Positions 26,540 through 40,249 of a stretch of DNA of 64,000 bases are shown one piece after another. Position 1 is the first letter of the stretch. Each line of letters begins with the position of its first letter. The DNA lies in the NCBI GenBank assembly GCA_964016885.1, contig OZ024742.1, positions 266,786,001 through 266,850,000 of the forward strand, read 5' to 3'. The DNA is from Eledone cirrhosa. Taxonomy: Eukaryota. The notes below the pieces were generated by a model. That model was given only the letters and a program-made list of their open reading frames with translations, was not told the origin of the DNA and made no database searches. A program made the position numbers and the translations under genes.

Positions 26540-26960
26540 AGAGTGTACAGCAACATTATCAAATACCTAAAGCAAACAAATTGAGAGTTCAAACACGCAA
26601 CAGTAAAAGTTTCAGTGGTTGACAAAGAGAGGGCACTCTGGGACATGTCAATTGATATACACGGGAGGATTATGGCTGACGAACCGGATATTGTTGTCAA
26701 AGACGACAAGAAATATATATATCTCTTAATCGATGTATCAGTTCCAATAGAATACTTAATCGATGTATCAGTTCCAAAGGAAACAAAAATCTATGCAAAT
26801 AAAAAGATTTGGATATACAATTGTCTAAAATGTAGAAATAGAAAACTCAAACAATAGCCAAATAGTAGGCGGTTTAAGAATAATTAAAAAGAGATGTATG
26901 CATACAAATATCCTTGGTATACTACTACGTAAGAATATATTTTAAGAAACTTATGTACGC
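26540..26960 (+). pseudogene. RLE-type LINE endonuclease remnant
   Basis: LWDMSIDI..IMADEPDIVVKD...LIDVSVP matches the RPD...IDV motif. Confidence 0.6.
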
Positions 26961-26979
26961 CTGAATTTACACATATGAA

Positions 26980-27281
26980 CAGGGCCAGATTTAATGGGAC
27001 GAAGAGGGAATGGCCCCAGACACCTTGCAGTGGGAGGGACCCACCAGCGACGGCCGTAGTAATTTATTTGAGACCTCAGTTGTTTTTTTTTAGATTTAGG
27101 ACGGTTAGAAATTTTGAATTTAATACCTGCAATGTATAACTTTTCAATTCCAATTACTTGTGCCTAGTTAACCTTGATATACAAAATTGGAGGGCTTGCT
27201 GTGTATTCTATTTTTTTTTGTGTATGAGGGATCCCCCAAACCTGACGTGCCTCGGGACCCCAAGGAATAAATCCAACCCTG
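26980..27281. mobile_element. hAT-type MITE
   Basis: TIRs CAGGGCCAGATTTA / TAAATCCAACCCTG; 8-bp TSD CATATGAA/TATATGAA (1 mismatch). Confidence 0.7.
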
Positions 27282-27743
27282 TATATGAAAATCTATTTAT
27301 AAATTATGATTACGCTAATCCAGAATCCACAGAAAAAGTACTATTAAGCAATGCATTGATATTTCGCATATATATTTCAAACTATACTGAAACAAAGCAC
27401 TGATAATATTGACGTTAAGTCGCTGATTTACATTCCTCTCGTGGATACAGGCTACAAAACTCAGGTCCACCAGACAATCAGTTATATGCCATATAGGTTA
27501 CATAGGCAAAAATCACAAGAATACATTTCCTGAAAAAGATATATTCAACAAACTATAAAGGAAACATTCTTTGGACTTCCATCCCTTCGACCTTTTACTC
27601 TAGATACCTACCTGTGTTCAAAGAGAAAATTGACCGCATCGGATTATCCAGTCTGGGTGTTTTATAAATCGTCATGAAAACTGTTCTCTTCTCTGAAAAA
27701 GTATTTTACCTCCTCTCACTTTATCTAAAATTTATTGTTTCAG

Positions 27744-27802
27744 ATATTATTCAGGCTTACTCCGATTGATTCCAAAAAATTCTGCAATGTCACCAATCTC
27801 GC
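27744..27802 (+). CDS. Candidate host exon (frame uncertain)
   Basis: tttattgtttcag| acceptor (alternative at 27755), strong GC|gtaagt donor; open in two frames (ILFRLTPIDSKKFCNVTNL or GLLRLIPKNSAMSPIS). Confidence 0.35.
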
Positions 27803-27826
27803 GTAAGTAGAAACAATAACAGAATA

Positions 27827-27913
<87 letters not shown>

Positions 27914-28575
27914 GTGTGTCTGTATACAATACATACACAAATACACACACACATGTATGTGCATGTGAATGAATGGCTAGCGAGCATATGATATTCAAAT
28001 GTTGCAGATTTTCAATGAAAGGTGAAAAGGGTACTCAATATATGGCGTAGAGTGTATTGTTTATCTAAACAGAATATATATGAATATTCGCTTGACGTGA
28101 GAAACAATGGAAAAAAAATTAGAAATAGTTGAGAAAATGGGGGAAAGTACTCATGATGACGGAAAAAAGTCGGCCGATTCTCTCAACAATTTTATATAGT
28201 GATCATTAGGATTATTTACGTTAGGACGACAACATTTCATATATATATAATAAAATTAGGATGATTGCCAAATAGAATATAACGAACAAGGCATAATAAC
28301 AAAGTGGGGAGTGCGGGACTGTGTCCTGTTTATATTTCTTTTTATTTCGTTAGTAAAATAATTTGGATTACTTTGAATAAATAATGCATGAATATTACAT
28401 AATTTATGTACTAAATTTCGCAACTCTTCATTAAACATAAATAATTTTATTGCTTATTTCAAGATTCAATTCTTTTAAACGTTTCAAATTTCAACACTTC
28501 CGGTATATCGCCACCACCCATATATAGACAGAGCGAGAAAGATGAGAGAGACACAGATAGATAGACTGACAAATG

Positions 28576-28689
<114 letters not shown>

Positions 28690-29097
28690 AGAGATTAGGA
28701 TTTTTTCAACACGCTGACATGTATGTGTATGTGTGTGCGTACGTGTATGTGCATATACATACATTTATATGTATGAGTATATAACTATAATCACGTAAAC
28801 ACAAACTTACAAAAATAAACACTCACAGACACACATTCACACAAACACATACATACATACACACAAAAAAATAACAAAAACACACACACACACACAGAGA
28901 GACTCGCACACATGCATTTACACAAACACACACATACACATACAGTCATAATAGCAGCGCCCGATGAATTGGAAATGGGAGTGTAAAATGAAGTATAACT
29001 TTTTATTTATTTATTAAGAACACAGTTTAATTCTTTTTTTAAAAAAACTCATTAGTTGTTATTGGTTTATTCACAGTTGTATAAAAATATAATAATA

Positions 29098-29773
29098 CTA
29101 GCAGTGTATCCCGGCGTTGCACGGTAATATCACCTCCAATGAGAAACGTTTAATTGTGAGTGCCTGTTAAAAACTCACGAAAATATATCGACAGGAAACT
29201 TGTTTATTTGGAGAAAATGAAGAAGTTGAAAGTACAGTTTAGCTGTCTACGTGCATTGTTCATAGGAATATTCTTTTCATACTCCTCAGTTTTGGCCTTT
29301 TGAGGTAAATGTGAAAGAGAAAGTCACAGGTTAAGTTGGCAGAAGATTCCAGTGTCATATCAGTAAGGTGTAGGCTACTAATCTCAAAAGTTAATTCTAC
29401 TAAGTTATTCTTTCTCTCTATCCCTCTCGGTGCAGACCCTTGCGAATTTCTCGTGTAGGTTGGTGTAGATTTGAACTCGATCCATCTGCCCGATGCACAT
29501 GTCCGCTTTGTACGGTTTTTGGAGGAAGGAGTGACCAGCAGTACGTTGTTCGGTATTATTACGAAAAGGTGTAGCAGAGAATCCCGCGTGAACTAACAGC
29601 TCGGGAGGAAACTGCTTACCTCGAAGATTCATTCGCCATCGTTCTTGTCAACGCTCCGTTTACTTGGTATTTGTTGGTCTACAGTTAGATGAATGGCGCA
29701 CAAAGGGTTAATGTTTATTGGCAAGAAGTTTTTTGAATAATAAAAGACGGGTTAAAGCGACCTACAATGTATT

Positions 29774-29850
<77 letters not shown>

Positions 29851-29887
29851 ATGTATGCATATATATATATGTGTGTGTGTGCGCATG

Positions 29888-29932
<45 letters not shown>

Positions 29933-30117
29933 ATATTTATACATATATTTTTATGTGTATATTTATATATATGTACATGTGTATATATATATATTTATGT
30001 GTGTGTATATGTGTTTGTATATGTATATATATATATATATATATATGTATATGTGTATATATGTGTGTGTATATGTGTGTATATATATATTTATATATGT
30101 ATATATAAGTATATATG

Positions 30118-30181
<64 letters not shown>

Positions 30182-30265
30182 TAGCGAAGATAATACGTCA
30201 GCAATGACGTGTTCATCCGAATGTCGTAATGAAGACAGTCAGACATACAGACATATATTATAAGG
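29098..30265 (-). mobile_element. Non-autonomous Helitron with internal microsatellite
   Basis: Minus-strand 3' end CCGTGCAACGCCGGGATACACTGCTAG|T; 5' subterminal ATATATGTCTGTATGTCTGACTGTC (5' boundary approximate). Confidence 0.6.
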
Positions 30266-30682
30266 GCTCGACGGAGATCGATAACCGGTGCCTAACATTC
30301 CTTTAAAAAACGCCTTTAACAACAGAAAATTTAAAAATAAAAGCTGCAGTTAATATCTTTAGACCGCAAGGAATATATAAATGCATGTTTGAAGTCAATC
30401 GAAGAAGAAATGTGGATTTGTATAGACTTTCCAAAAATTAGGACACACAGCACAGACAACTACAGTTTTATATATATGTATAGATAATGCTTACAGAACG
30501 AAAAGAGAAACAAATATAATATATACAAAGGAAAAGAAAGGAAAAAAGCAGAAAAAAGCAGGTAATACACACATCTAGGACCACATACAAAAGGCAGGCG
30601 AAATAGGTGGACAAATGAGCCGCTGCCAGAGCAAAAGATAACAATATAGCGAGGAGCACTAGGAAACCTCTCTAATAATTTT

Positions 30683-31112
30683 TTAGGCAAGCCAGCACGC
30701 TCGCAGTGTTACTCGAGTGATGGCGAGGCTGAGGTGCTGGAACAACCAAATACCCTCAAGAGCATCACCAGGTACCTCTGTTTGGCGAGACGCCAGTGAA
30801 GATAAGAACTTCGCTGTCAGTAGCCCAACTCCCCCAAACGTCTCGAACGCCACTGCCTGGAAAATGTAGTTAGCTGACAGATCACGGTATTTTAGGATTT
30901 TATTTCTTTTGGTTGCGGATGCAATAGCTATCTCCCTTACCGCTGCATCCATGGATCAGGGAAGACGCAAAACAGTCACTAACCAGATAAGGCACCTGCC
31001 TCTTGACCCGGGGCACAGAGTAAGACCGTTAGGTCTTCACGCATCAATTCTGGACAACCCAGACGGTTCCAAAATTGAGGGGATATTTGCCCGGGCCAAA
31101 GCTCTTAAGTGA
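30683..31112 (-). pseudogene. CRE-clade non-LTR retrotransposon REL endonuclease fragment
   Basis: RALARANIPSILEPSGLSRID..RPNGLTL; KYRDLSANYIFQAVAFETFGGVG...LFQHLSLAI. Confidence 0.8.
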
Positions 31113-31269
31113 GTGTATGTGCGTGCGCGTGAGTTTATCGGCATTCTTAAATTAGAGTTACGTGTGTGTGTGTGTGCGTGTCACCGTTTTTAAGTTAGAG
31201 ACATATATATGTGTGTATCCTCTTCCTTTTACACACACATACATTCACATTGTGTGACGGACGGATGGA

Positions 31270-31830
31270 CAGAAGTCCCTCAAGTTTATATACATGTGAA
31301 TGGAGTTCTACTGAAGCAGGTAGAGAAGTTCAAGTATTTCGGAGTCGTGTTCATGAGTAATGGAAGGCAGAAGGCTGAATTAAGTGCAAAAATTGTAGAA
31401 GCTTATGCAGTAATGTGCCAGCTTCAACATTCAGTAATCAGACGGGAGGTAGATATAAAGGCCAAACTCGCTATCTTCCTGGTATTCCTGCCAACCCTTA
31501 CCGAGGATCATGAATCTTGGGTAATGATCGACAGAATACAATTGCAAATACAAGCGGCAGAAATGGGGTTCCTTCGATACTATGGGCATGTGGTTAGAAT
31601 GTCTCAGGAAAGAATCGCTGGACAGATTTTACAGGTAAAATCAAGCAGAAAGAGACCCAGAGGTAGACCCTGAGCAAGATAGTTGGATAACATCCATCAG
31701 CTTGGCTGGGTTCGCTTTGGGATCCAACTGGATCAGTTAGAGATGTTTGCTTCTGACAGACATGCAGGAAAGAGTGTTTGAGAAGGACTCTGCCCCCACG
31801 ACCCTCTCAGAAATAAGTGGGCGAAGAAGA
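31270..31830 (+). pseudogene. RTE-like LINE 3' fragment
   Basis: QVEKFKYFG, IQAAEMGFLR, RYYGHVVRM, KRPRGRP; tail GAAGAAGA. Confidence 0.8.
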
Positions 31831-32195
31831 TATTGTGAATTTACTTTTTAATTTACATATATCTATATGCATATATATTGCCCTATAATACCAATATGCA
31901 CACTGCATATGCTAGCAGAAAACCGCCAGAATGGCGGTGATTCTACTAGTGAATAAAATGTTTTAAAGGATTAGGGTTAAGAAATGTTTTTTTTTTTATG
32001 AAAAGACAAACAAAAGACAGATCTCCAAGGTCTTCAGCCGTAGAGATGGACTCTTGCAGTTTTGACCCCTACCAATGATACTGCTGATTCACCCGTGTTC
32101 CCAGCGTCTGACGAACAAGCCAAAGCCTTGTCGGCTGAGTAAATGAAAATACAAAACAATATCTTACAGCAATCAACCCATAATAGGTACACACT

Positions 32196-32230
<35 letters not shown>

Positions 32231-32794
32231 TTTGTATATATATATGTGTGAATGTGTGTGTGAGTGTGTGTCTTTCTCTCTCTTTCTCCCACATGCATAC
32301 ACATGTTATGTATATTTATATGTAGGAATTACAATGCAATGCATGATACTATCGACCACCTTTGGCAACCACTAATATATATATAGTAGTTTCTCAAACA
32401 ATGACTGTAGTTAGCCGGCAGGAGGATGGAGATATTTTGAATATTCTATATAATCTTATAGTATTCTTAACTATAACACTACATACACAATAAACCAAAT
32501 ATAACACAACACCGTGCTCCATAGCTGCCTTTCTTGTTATATAGACCTTCCTGATTACTTCGTAAAATTTCTATCAAATTACCTCGAATATTAATTGAAT
32601 AATTACGATGTGTTTGGCGACGCATTATAACAAGAAGTAATTGATTTCGAACATAAAAGTCTCCACGTTTGGGGGTCATTATGGAATCGTTTGATTTTCT
32701 CTTGTGCAACTCTAAATTGCTACGATTAGATTTGAGCTTTAAATATCTCACATTTCTGAAGAGAATGGATGGAATTAGACTAGTTTGTAAATGA

Positions 32795-32848
32795 ATATAA
32801 TAAATTGAATTTCGAATACGTTCACCTCAAAACCTGCTCATTAAATTT

Positions 32849-32932
<84 letters not shown>

Positions 32933-32983
32933 AAATTTAATGAGCAGGTTTTGAGGTGAACGTATTCGAAATTCAATTTATTA
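32795..32983. repeat. Near-perfect ~55-bp inverted repeat around a (TA)n tract
   Basis: ATAATAAATTGAATTTCG...AAATTTCACA vs TGTGAAATTT...CAATTTATTAT. Confidence 0.9.
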
Positions 32984-32985
32984 TA

Positions 32986-33019
<34 letters not shown>

Positions 33020-33049
33020 CATATACATATACATATATATATAACATAC

Positions 33050-33116
<67 letters not shown>

Positions 33117-34079
33117 TACATATATATATATATTATGCAAAGGCGCACATATGTGTACGTGTGTGTGTGTGAGTATGTTTCAGCACATGTTTCTGTGAGC
33201 AGATATGAAACTACACATATTTATACCTATAATTCTAGAAACCATGATTTATTTCATATAATTTGACCACCATATATGCATATATTTATAATTGTGTTTA
33301 AATGTCTAAATATCTAAATCTCTTTCTGTATTTAGTTTCTTTTCCCAGTGTTTTGTGTTCGATTCTCTTCTGTTTCGATTCTTCCATAAATAATGTCGGT
33401 GCCGATTAAAGTAGCAGCACTATTATAATATGGTTCATTTAAACAAGTATACTGGTTTCCTACTGAATGTTTTATTTTATTACTTCGGTAGGGTGCTGTA
33501 TGGCAAAATAAATTGCATTACTTAGGAAGGGTACTTTATGTGCTTAATTTAAACCATGCCAATGTCATCTTTTCGTTTAAATTCTCTGGGATTGAAAAGA
33601 TAAGATATAAACTGCAGTTTATGTAATCATGTACACTCCTACCTTAAAATGTGGGTCCTTTTATCAATGCTACAATCATTATACTACTCTAAGAAGGTAG
33701 ATAACATTCGGCAGCTACAATAACGAAAATATCTTGTATTTATTAATTTTACGACATATGTTATTGATACCGAGTTTTAGGGACGATATAGAAAATGCTA
33801 ATAAAATACTGAGGTTAATTTAATTAACATTACTTTCAAATTTATAGGATGGTACATATTTTATTCACTATTACAACTAGCCTAATATCGCATCATATTT
33901 GGCATATGTAAGTAGGCAATAACGAATTCTAATTCATTCTATATACGTGAACTCTAGAATGAGGATAAACTTTAGTAACATCATGAATACGATGCTGCTT
34001 TCTTTCCTATTGTGCCGCTTTAGTAATATCACCTCTATTTCCTCGTCTGATTAGAAACCTAAAATTTCTGAAAGGAGAA

Positions 34080-34256
34080 AGAATAGTCATTGAGAAGGTC
34101 ACAGAATTTGTCACAAAATATATCTGACAATTAAATAATGATCCGGTTACTAAACTAACCGAGGAATGAATTAGATATCTAATAATTAAACTGATGTAAA
34201 ATTCACTGGTGCGTGTGTGTTTACTGGCACCATGACTCTTCCAAGTGTAACAATAA
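34080..34256 (+). mobile_element. Old PLE family A 3' end with decayed hammerhead
   Basis: ACTGGTGCGTGTGTGTTTACTGGCACCATGACTCTTCCAAGTGTAACAATA matches 5245-5295; GTCATTGAGAAGGTCACAGAATTTGTCAC. Confidence 0.6.
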
Positions 34257-36225
34257 GAAAGAAAATAATGTTTCATCACCAAATAATAATTTTGGCTTAA
34301 TGTATACTTAATCTAACTTTGGATTTTTAGTGGTAGAACAGTATATATAATTTCCTCAACTTCAGAATAATGTTTCCTATGAATAGAATCTCATATACAT
34401 TATAAACTAGATATGAAATTTATAAATGTCTATGCAATTCAACTATGATGTAAATTATGGAAATAGCTGAATGATAGGAATAATTGGCAGATTTCTTGCT
34501 TAGGTACATATTCAAAGCAGGTAATTTCTTTCGTCTTTCATTCTAACCTCGTGACAAAATCTTTGAAATTATGAGATAGACAGACAGTAATAAACGCTGT
34601 TGAAGATGATTACTATATATAACGCTCAGTGAGATCAAAACCAGAAAAACGTGATTGAAAAGCCAACTCCTTAATTAGACGGTAATTAACGTTTTGTCTT
34701 GTCCCGAGAATATATTGGTGATTAATCAGACCAGAATTGCTAAGACATATGCGACATCAAATACTGCAGACCAAGTTTAACACATCCGCTTTAAAAACTG
34801 TGCGATATCGAGGAGCTGGCTAAAAATCTGCACGTGAATTGCATACTTTAAAGATGTTCTCTGCTGATGGTGATGAAAATTATTTCTTTCTCAGTTATCT
34901 ACATTTATTTCAAATGCGTTTAAACGGAACTTTACACAGTCTTTAAACCGTAACCATGGTTTGTACTGGGGACGATTTTCGCATAGAAGCTCATCATACG
35001 GTCTCTGCTTCGGAATTCTCACATCATTTATTTCTATGTGTTCAGTTCAACGTAAACTATGCTTCTGTATAATTGCCTCAAACTTAATAAGTCGGCTCTC
35101 CTTGAAATCCTTTTGTTTGGAGTCCTTAAAATCAGCTGAAAATAAGAATATGTTTTAAACATGGCTGATGATAACTCAGAAGAACCTTTCATGTTTCGTG
35201 TTTCACATGGATAACGAAGAGAGGTCAGTACAGCTATTTTTCTGTTACCCTTCTGATGCCATTTTAGGACTGGACACGAGTCTGAAGCCTTAAAGACATT
35301 TCATCATCTAAGGAACAATAATGGCTGAGTGTGTTATGCAGGTAAACAAACTTACCAGTTCCATTTCTTTAATTGCTGCGTTCAAGCGACTTCCATGATG
35401 CAGAAATAGGAACAACGATTATTTGTTTAATTCTGGCAGTATATGCAACTAAGTCCGACCTATGTATAAAGGAGGTCGTGAACATGTGGTTGAAAGACAT
35501 TCACATTGGCTGCAAAATACTGCACATTGAAGAGGCACCCGGAAGATCGATTCCTTACATATATCCCCCAAAACCAATCAGCGACAAAGGTATGAATGAG
35601 ATTAAGAGCAAAATACAAGGAAAAGAGATTTTCGACAGAGATGTCACCCAGGAATGGATCTCACCACATCCTCACTGACATTGACCCACGCATTAATTGC
35701 ATCAAGAAATCATTTAATTATTAAAACAAAGTGATCTGGGCAACCGACGTTTACAAAGTATTTTCTACAAAGATGCTCTTCACTGTTTCAGAAGGAAACA
35801 TTTGTTAGTTCTATTAAAAATACCAGGAAAATATGTTTTGCTCGTAGCACTTCTACATTAGTTTTACTGTGAAAATCCTATTCATTGTTCTTTTACCAGA
35901 TCATAACCACTACATTTCTGGAAGGACATAATCTACAATAAATTATCTATGTGAGCCCTAATACTTGCTAGAACGGTTTCAACAGCGAAGAGTAGAAAAA
36001 TTACTTTGTAGTTGCCACTTTTTTTCCTGATGCGTTTTAAGCTTCCAGTAACCAGGTATAGGTAACTGTTCGGAAATATGGACAACATATACTATACTTC
36101 CCTGCTGACATAACGAAAACCTATCTATATGAGATCTAGATGGCCCTATGCAGTTTACCCAAATCCACACTGGCGCATTCTGGAAATTTAATCATTACCT
36201 GTCAGAGAGTTGGAACTGGCTGATC

Positions 36226-38670
36226 AGGTACTTGAAGTTTTTGCACCCCCACTCCTATCAGTTACTCCCACACAATCCCAGCGGGCATCTAAAATTCCAT
36301 TTCACTCTCCAGCTAACAGTAAAGGGTAAGACGTTCCCAGTAGGCTTCCAGATGCCTAAAGAAATCCGACCGCCCGGCTCCAATCGGGTGTAGACGGCCA
36401 CCAGTCTAAAGGAACCACCTTCGCTATTGCTTTCGTCCAGGACCACCAACTTGCTGTCGAGGTCCAGAAAGATCATCCTTACCTGGAGATCCAGGCCTTT
36501 GTTAAACAGCTCTTCCACCCACCTCCAATTCCCGGGCGACTAAGAAATACAAAGATCTGATAGTCGTCAAAAAGGGTGGCGAGTGAGCGCGCCGGAAATT
36601 CTGGTGACGCTGATGGCCGTCATATCCATATTTAGTGACCTGAAGTTGTTCAGCAAGCAACTTAATTTCCAGGCTACTGGCATTTAGACAACCTACTCTT
36701 CATAATGCCGTGTTGGGTAGGTGATCAAAGGTGAAAAATGTGTGTACGTGTGGAGGGGGTGCTATCAACCCTCCGGGCTCTGTTGGTGATCGGGTGGTTC
36801 AATCTCCATGTCTGGTGGGTGTGCCTTTGGGAATCATTTTAAAAGTCTGCTTGTTGCTTTTACATTAGTGGTTAACACATCTTGCGGGAAAATCTCTCAT
36901 TCTCTCTCAATTTTCTCACTTTGTGCTATGAGGGCTCCCTGTTCTTGGTTGGTCCTTTTTATTAGCATAACTTTTAGTGTCTGTGTGATTAATTGTTCTG
37001 GTTGTGTGAGTTTTCATTTGGCTGGTTGTGTTGCTGGTGGTAGTGGTGGTGGTATTGTTGTTGTTGTGGATGTGCTTGTTTTGTATGTGGTGTCTGCGTT
37101 TTCTGTGGTGTGTGTTTCATGTTTGAGGCTTATTTGCTTTTTTTTTCTGTGTCTGCGTTTCTTTATTCGTTGTGGTAGTTGTTCATCTTCGATACAAGAA
37201 GACGAGATTTCTGTGTCAGATTTGGATGTTTGTATGTCTATTTTGTCTGGGTGTTTATGTGTTTATTTGTTTAGGGAGGGGGAGAGAGAGTGAACAAAAT
37301 TCCTCATCTTCCCCCTTGGGTTGATTCTGTTGTTGGTGTGGCTTAGCTGCTGCTGCTGTTGGTTATACTATTGCTTCTACTTTGCTGCTGCTGGCATTGT
37401 TGGTTGTGTAGTTGTTTGTCCGTGCACCAGTGTTGGCAGCAGCGGAGGTTTGTGTCTCACTGCAATTTTCAGTTGGAGGCAGCATGTGTGGCGTCACTTC
37501 AAACAAAAAAGTGTGGCCGTGTGCCCTTAGTAATCACCTATATCTCGCACTCGTCCAGCAGCTTGACGTGGTCCAGGATATTTTTTATTGGCCTCGGGCC
37601 TGATTTGGAGAACAATCTCCAAACTGTCTGTCTCGGACCACCTTTCACCCTTTTTAAATTTTACATTGAAGAGGGTGTTAGGGCCCCTTGCCGCCACGCA
37701 TCTCAGGATACACCATAGATCCAATCCAGGCGGGATCTTGGGAAGACGTCCCTTACTGCCCTCCTCTCCCACATGTAGAGGAGGACAGTAAGGGGCCGTC
37801 TTGCAGAGGATTGCTATTAGGTCCGACTTGCAGAGGATTTCCGAATGCTTGATAGCAAGGGCCTTAATTTCAAAGAGCACCAAGCTGCTCCTGGATTCTT
37901 TGGCCCTTGCCATGAACTCTATGTTATTCGTGATGCCCTTCAGTGCAACACCCACTTGTGCTTGGGAGGCCATCTCGCCCTTTTATTATTGCACCGAAAT
38001 CCATCTATATTTTAGAGTTTTCCTTTCCGTCGCTGCCATCACTTCTATGGGCCCAGGTTTATCTCTGGTGATGAGTTTTGCCGCCTGTGCAAAAGCTTTC
38101 TTTTTTGTTAAATTCATGCTGTACAAAGTTTGAGATTTTGCAGCCGTGGCTTGTTGTTGTTCATGTTGCTATTGCTGCTGTTAGTGTTGTTGTTCCCGTT
38201 GGTGTTGTAGTTGGTGCTGTTGTTGGTGTTTTTGTTGTCGTTGTTTCTGTTGTTGTTCATGTTGTTATTGGTATTGATGTCATTAATATCAATGTTATTC
38301 TGGTTTGTTTTGTTTTTGTTGTTGGTGCTGCTGTTGTTGGTGATGCTGCTCAAAGTGGTGGGAGTTTTCATAATGTTTGTAGTGAAAGCGGTGTCATTCC
38401 GCTCAACGTTTGAGCCACTGTCAAGTGACAGCTGGCTTAACGTTGACGGACTTACTCCGTCAAAGTTTTTTTACAGAAAAATATTATTTCTAAAACGTAA
38501 AATTCAAATATTTGAGCCCAATGCCCAAATATTATAGGCCCGCTTTTTCACAGACAAAGACGGGTGTCTTATGACCTCTTTGCAACAAATTACAAAATAA
38601 AAATTTAAACAACTTAATTAATTCAAGAAACCTATAGGAGCTCAGAATCGCATGCCTTCACACTTTAGTT
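36226..38670 (-). mobile_element. Tx1/L1-clade LINE, 5' portion (UTR, decayed ORF1 with Asn-rich run, start of APE endonuclease)
   Basis: GSFRLVAVY and GLDLQVRMIFLDLDSKLVVLD (APE); ORF1 remnants at 37527-38371; higher GC. Confidence 0.7.
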
Positions 38671-38674
38671 TTCA

Positions 38675-40240
38675 ATAATAATAATGGTTTAATTTATTGG
38701 CCACAAGGGCCGACATATAGGGGACAATACAAAATACTGGGGCAGTGTGGTTTTACAGAAAAATCGAGTAAACAATATGAATAACAATAACAAAGTAACA
38801 AGAAAAATACAACAAGAAACATTCCCCAATAGAGGGGATGACCACCCAGGGTTCGCTCAGGTACCCCACCAATCCTGAACCACCCGACGCTTCGAGAGCA
38901 CCCTGGAAGGGCACCACTCTCCTCAAATTTACCCACCTACAGGTGCATGACCAGAGTAGGCCCACTCACACGGGCAATTCTCGTCACATTCACGCACCTT
39001 TCAACAAATGTACTAGGGGGGGGGGGGGGGGGGGGGCAGCACTTCTCTCTCCACCCTCACCTTCCTTTCCAAGTGAAAAAGTTGGGGGATTGGCCGAAGA
39101 GAAAAATGTCTGTCTTCAGTAGTTTCAACCTCGTCCACCATACAACCTCTTTCGCTACTGCTACCAGAGAGAGAAAAATTGCCTGCCCTTCCTGGCCAAA
39201 AGAAGGCGGCGGGTCGATCTTCACTATGGACTCGGCCGATAGCCGGATCCGTTCTACACGCGACACCAGCTGTTGGACATAACTCCACAAGTCAGTAATG
39301 CACGGACACTGGACGAGTACGTGCAGAACGGTTTCGTCGCTCTGCGCGCATCTCAGGCAGGTCCGTTTTACAGCACTTCTGTGCCTGTAGAGTTTATCTC
39401 GAACCGGCAGTGTCCCCCCCCCCCCGGTAGCACTGTCAATCGAAGGATTTTTCGGAATTATCTATCGTCCCCGGCTCGAAAGTCCTCCGGAACAGATTGG
39501 TTAGTTCGACTTCGTTGAATCCCAGAGTCCATTACGGTGACGTTGTTAGCATATGCTGACACGGACCCCCCCCCCCCACACACATCCAAGTTATCGTGGG
39601 ATGCCCCTCAAAGCCTCCAATTGTATAGTAATAGCTCAAGATTCAACACATTCGAAAGGGATGAGAGACGACAATCTTGGCAAGCAGAGCGCACAATATT
39701 GAATGGTTCCTAAAGGTGACCATTCACGTTAACCACAGAGCAGATACCTATGTGCATTGCAACCATCCAGACCCTGAAACCTGGTCCGAAGCGGGCTGTT
39801 TTGAAGTCGAGAGCGAGGTAGTGATTGATCTAAATTGATTAGGGCTCCACCCATGTCAGGTTCCTTAATAACGCTCTCTATGATGTATCGCCTGAGGTGG
39901 AGGTTGTCGTGGATAGATCTGTTCGGCATGACACATGTTTGTGCCTCCCCTACTAGACTACTGATGACAAGCACCAACCTCATAGCTAACACCTTGACCA
40001 AAATTTTAAACTCTGCGTTTAGCAGAATTATGGGCCTGAAATTTTCTAAATGGTCCCCCTTTGGGATCTTTCTCAGCAGCGCTACCGCCTCTCGACTCAC
40101 AGAACTGGGAATCCTCCTGTTATGTCACCATTTAGCGTAGACGACCGCTAGGATGTAGCCAACAAGTCTGGCATGTTTTTGTAACGCTCGTGAGGCAAAC
40201 CATCTAAGCCAATGGATTTGCCTCTTGTTCAGCTAGCCAT
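38675..40240 (-). mobile_element. Tx1/L1-clade LINE, 3' portion with deletions (RT remnant, 3' UTR, AATAAA + (ATT)n tail)
   Basis: LENFRPIILLNAEFKILVKVLA...QTC.MPNRSIHDNLHLRRYII...INLDQS; LWSYVQQLVSR...AKEVVWWTRLK. Confidence 0.85.
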
Positions 40241-40249
40241 TGCGTTCCA

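Noticed and set aside
32034-32140. CTGACGA followed by a stem (possible hammerhead) or exon
   Set aside because: No GAAA after the stem; no phase-compatible splice sites
38114-38371. Asn-rich prion-like protein
   Set aside because: (AAC)n-rich low-complexity segment inside the decayed LINE ORF1 region
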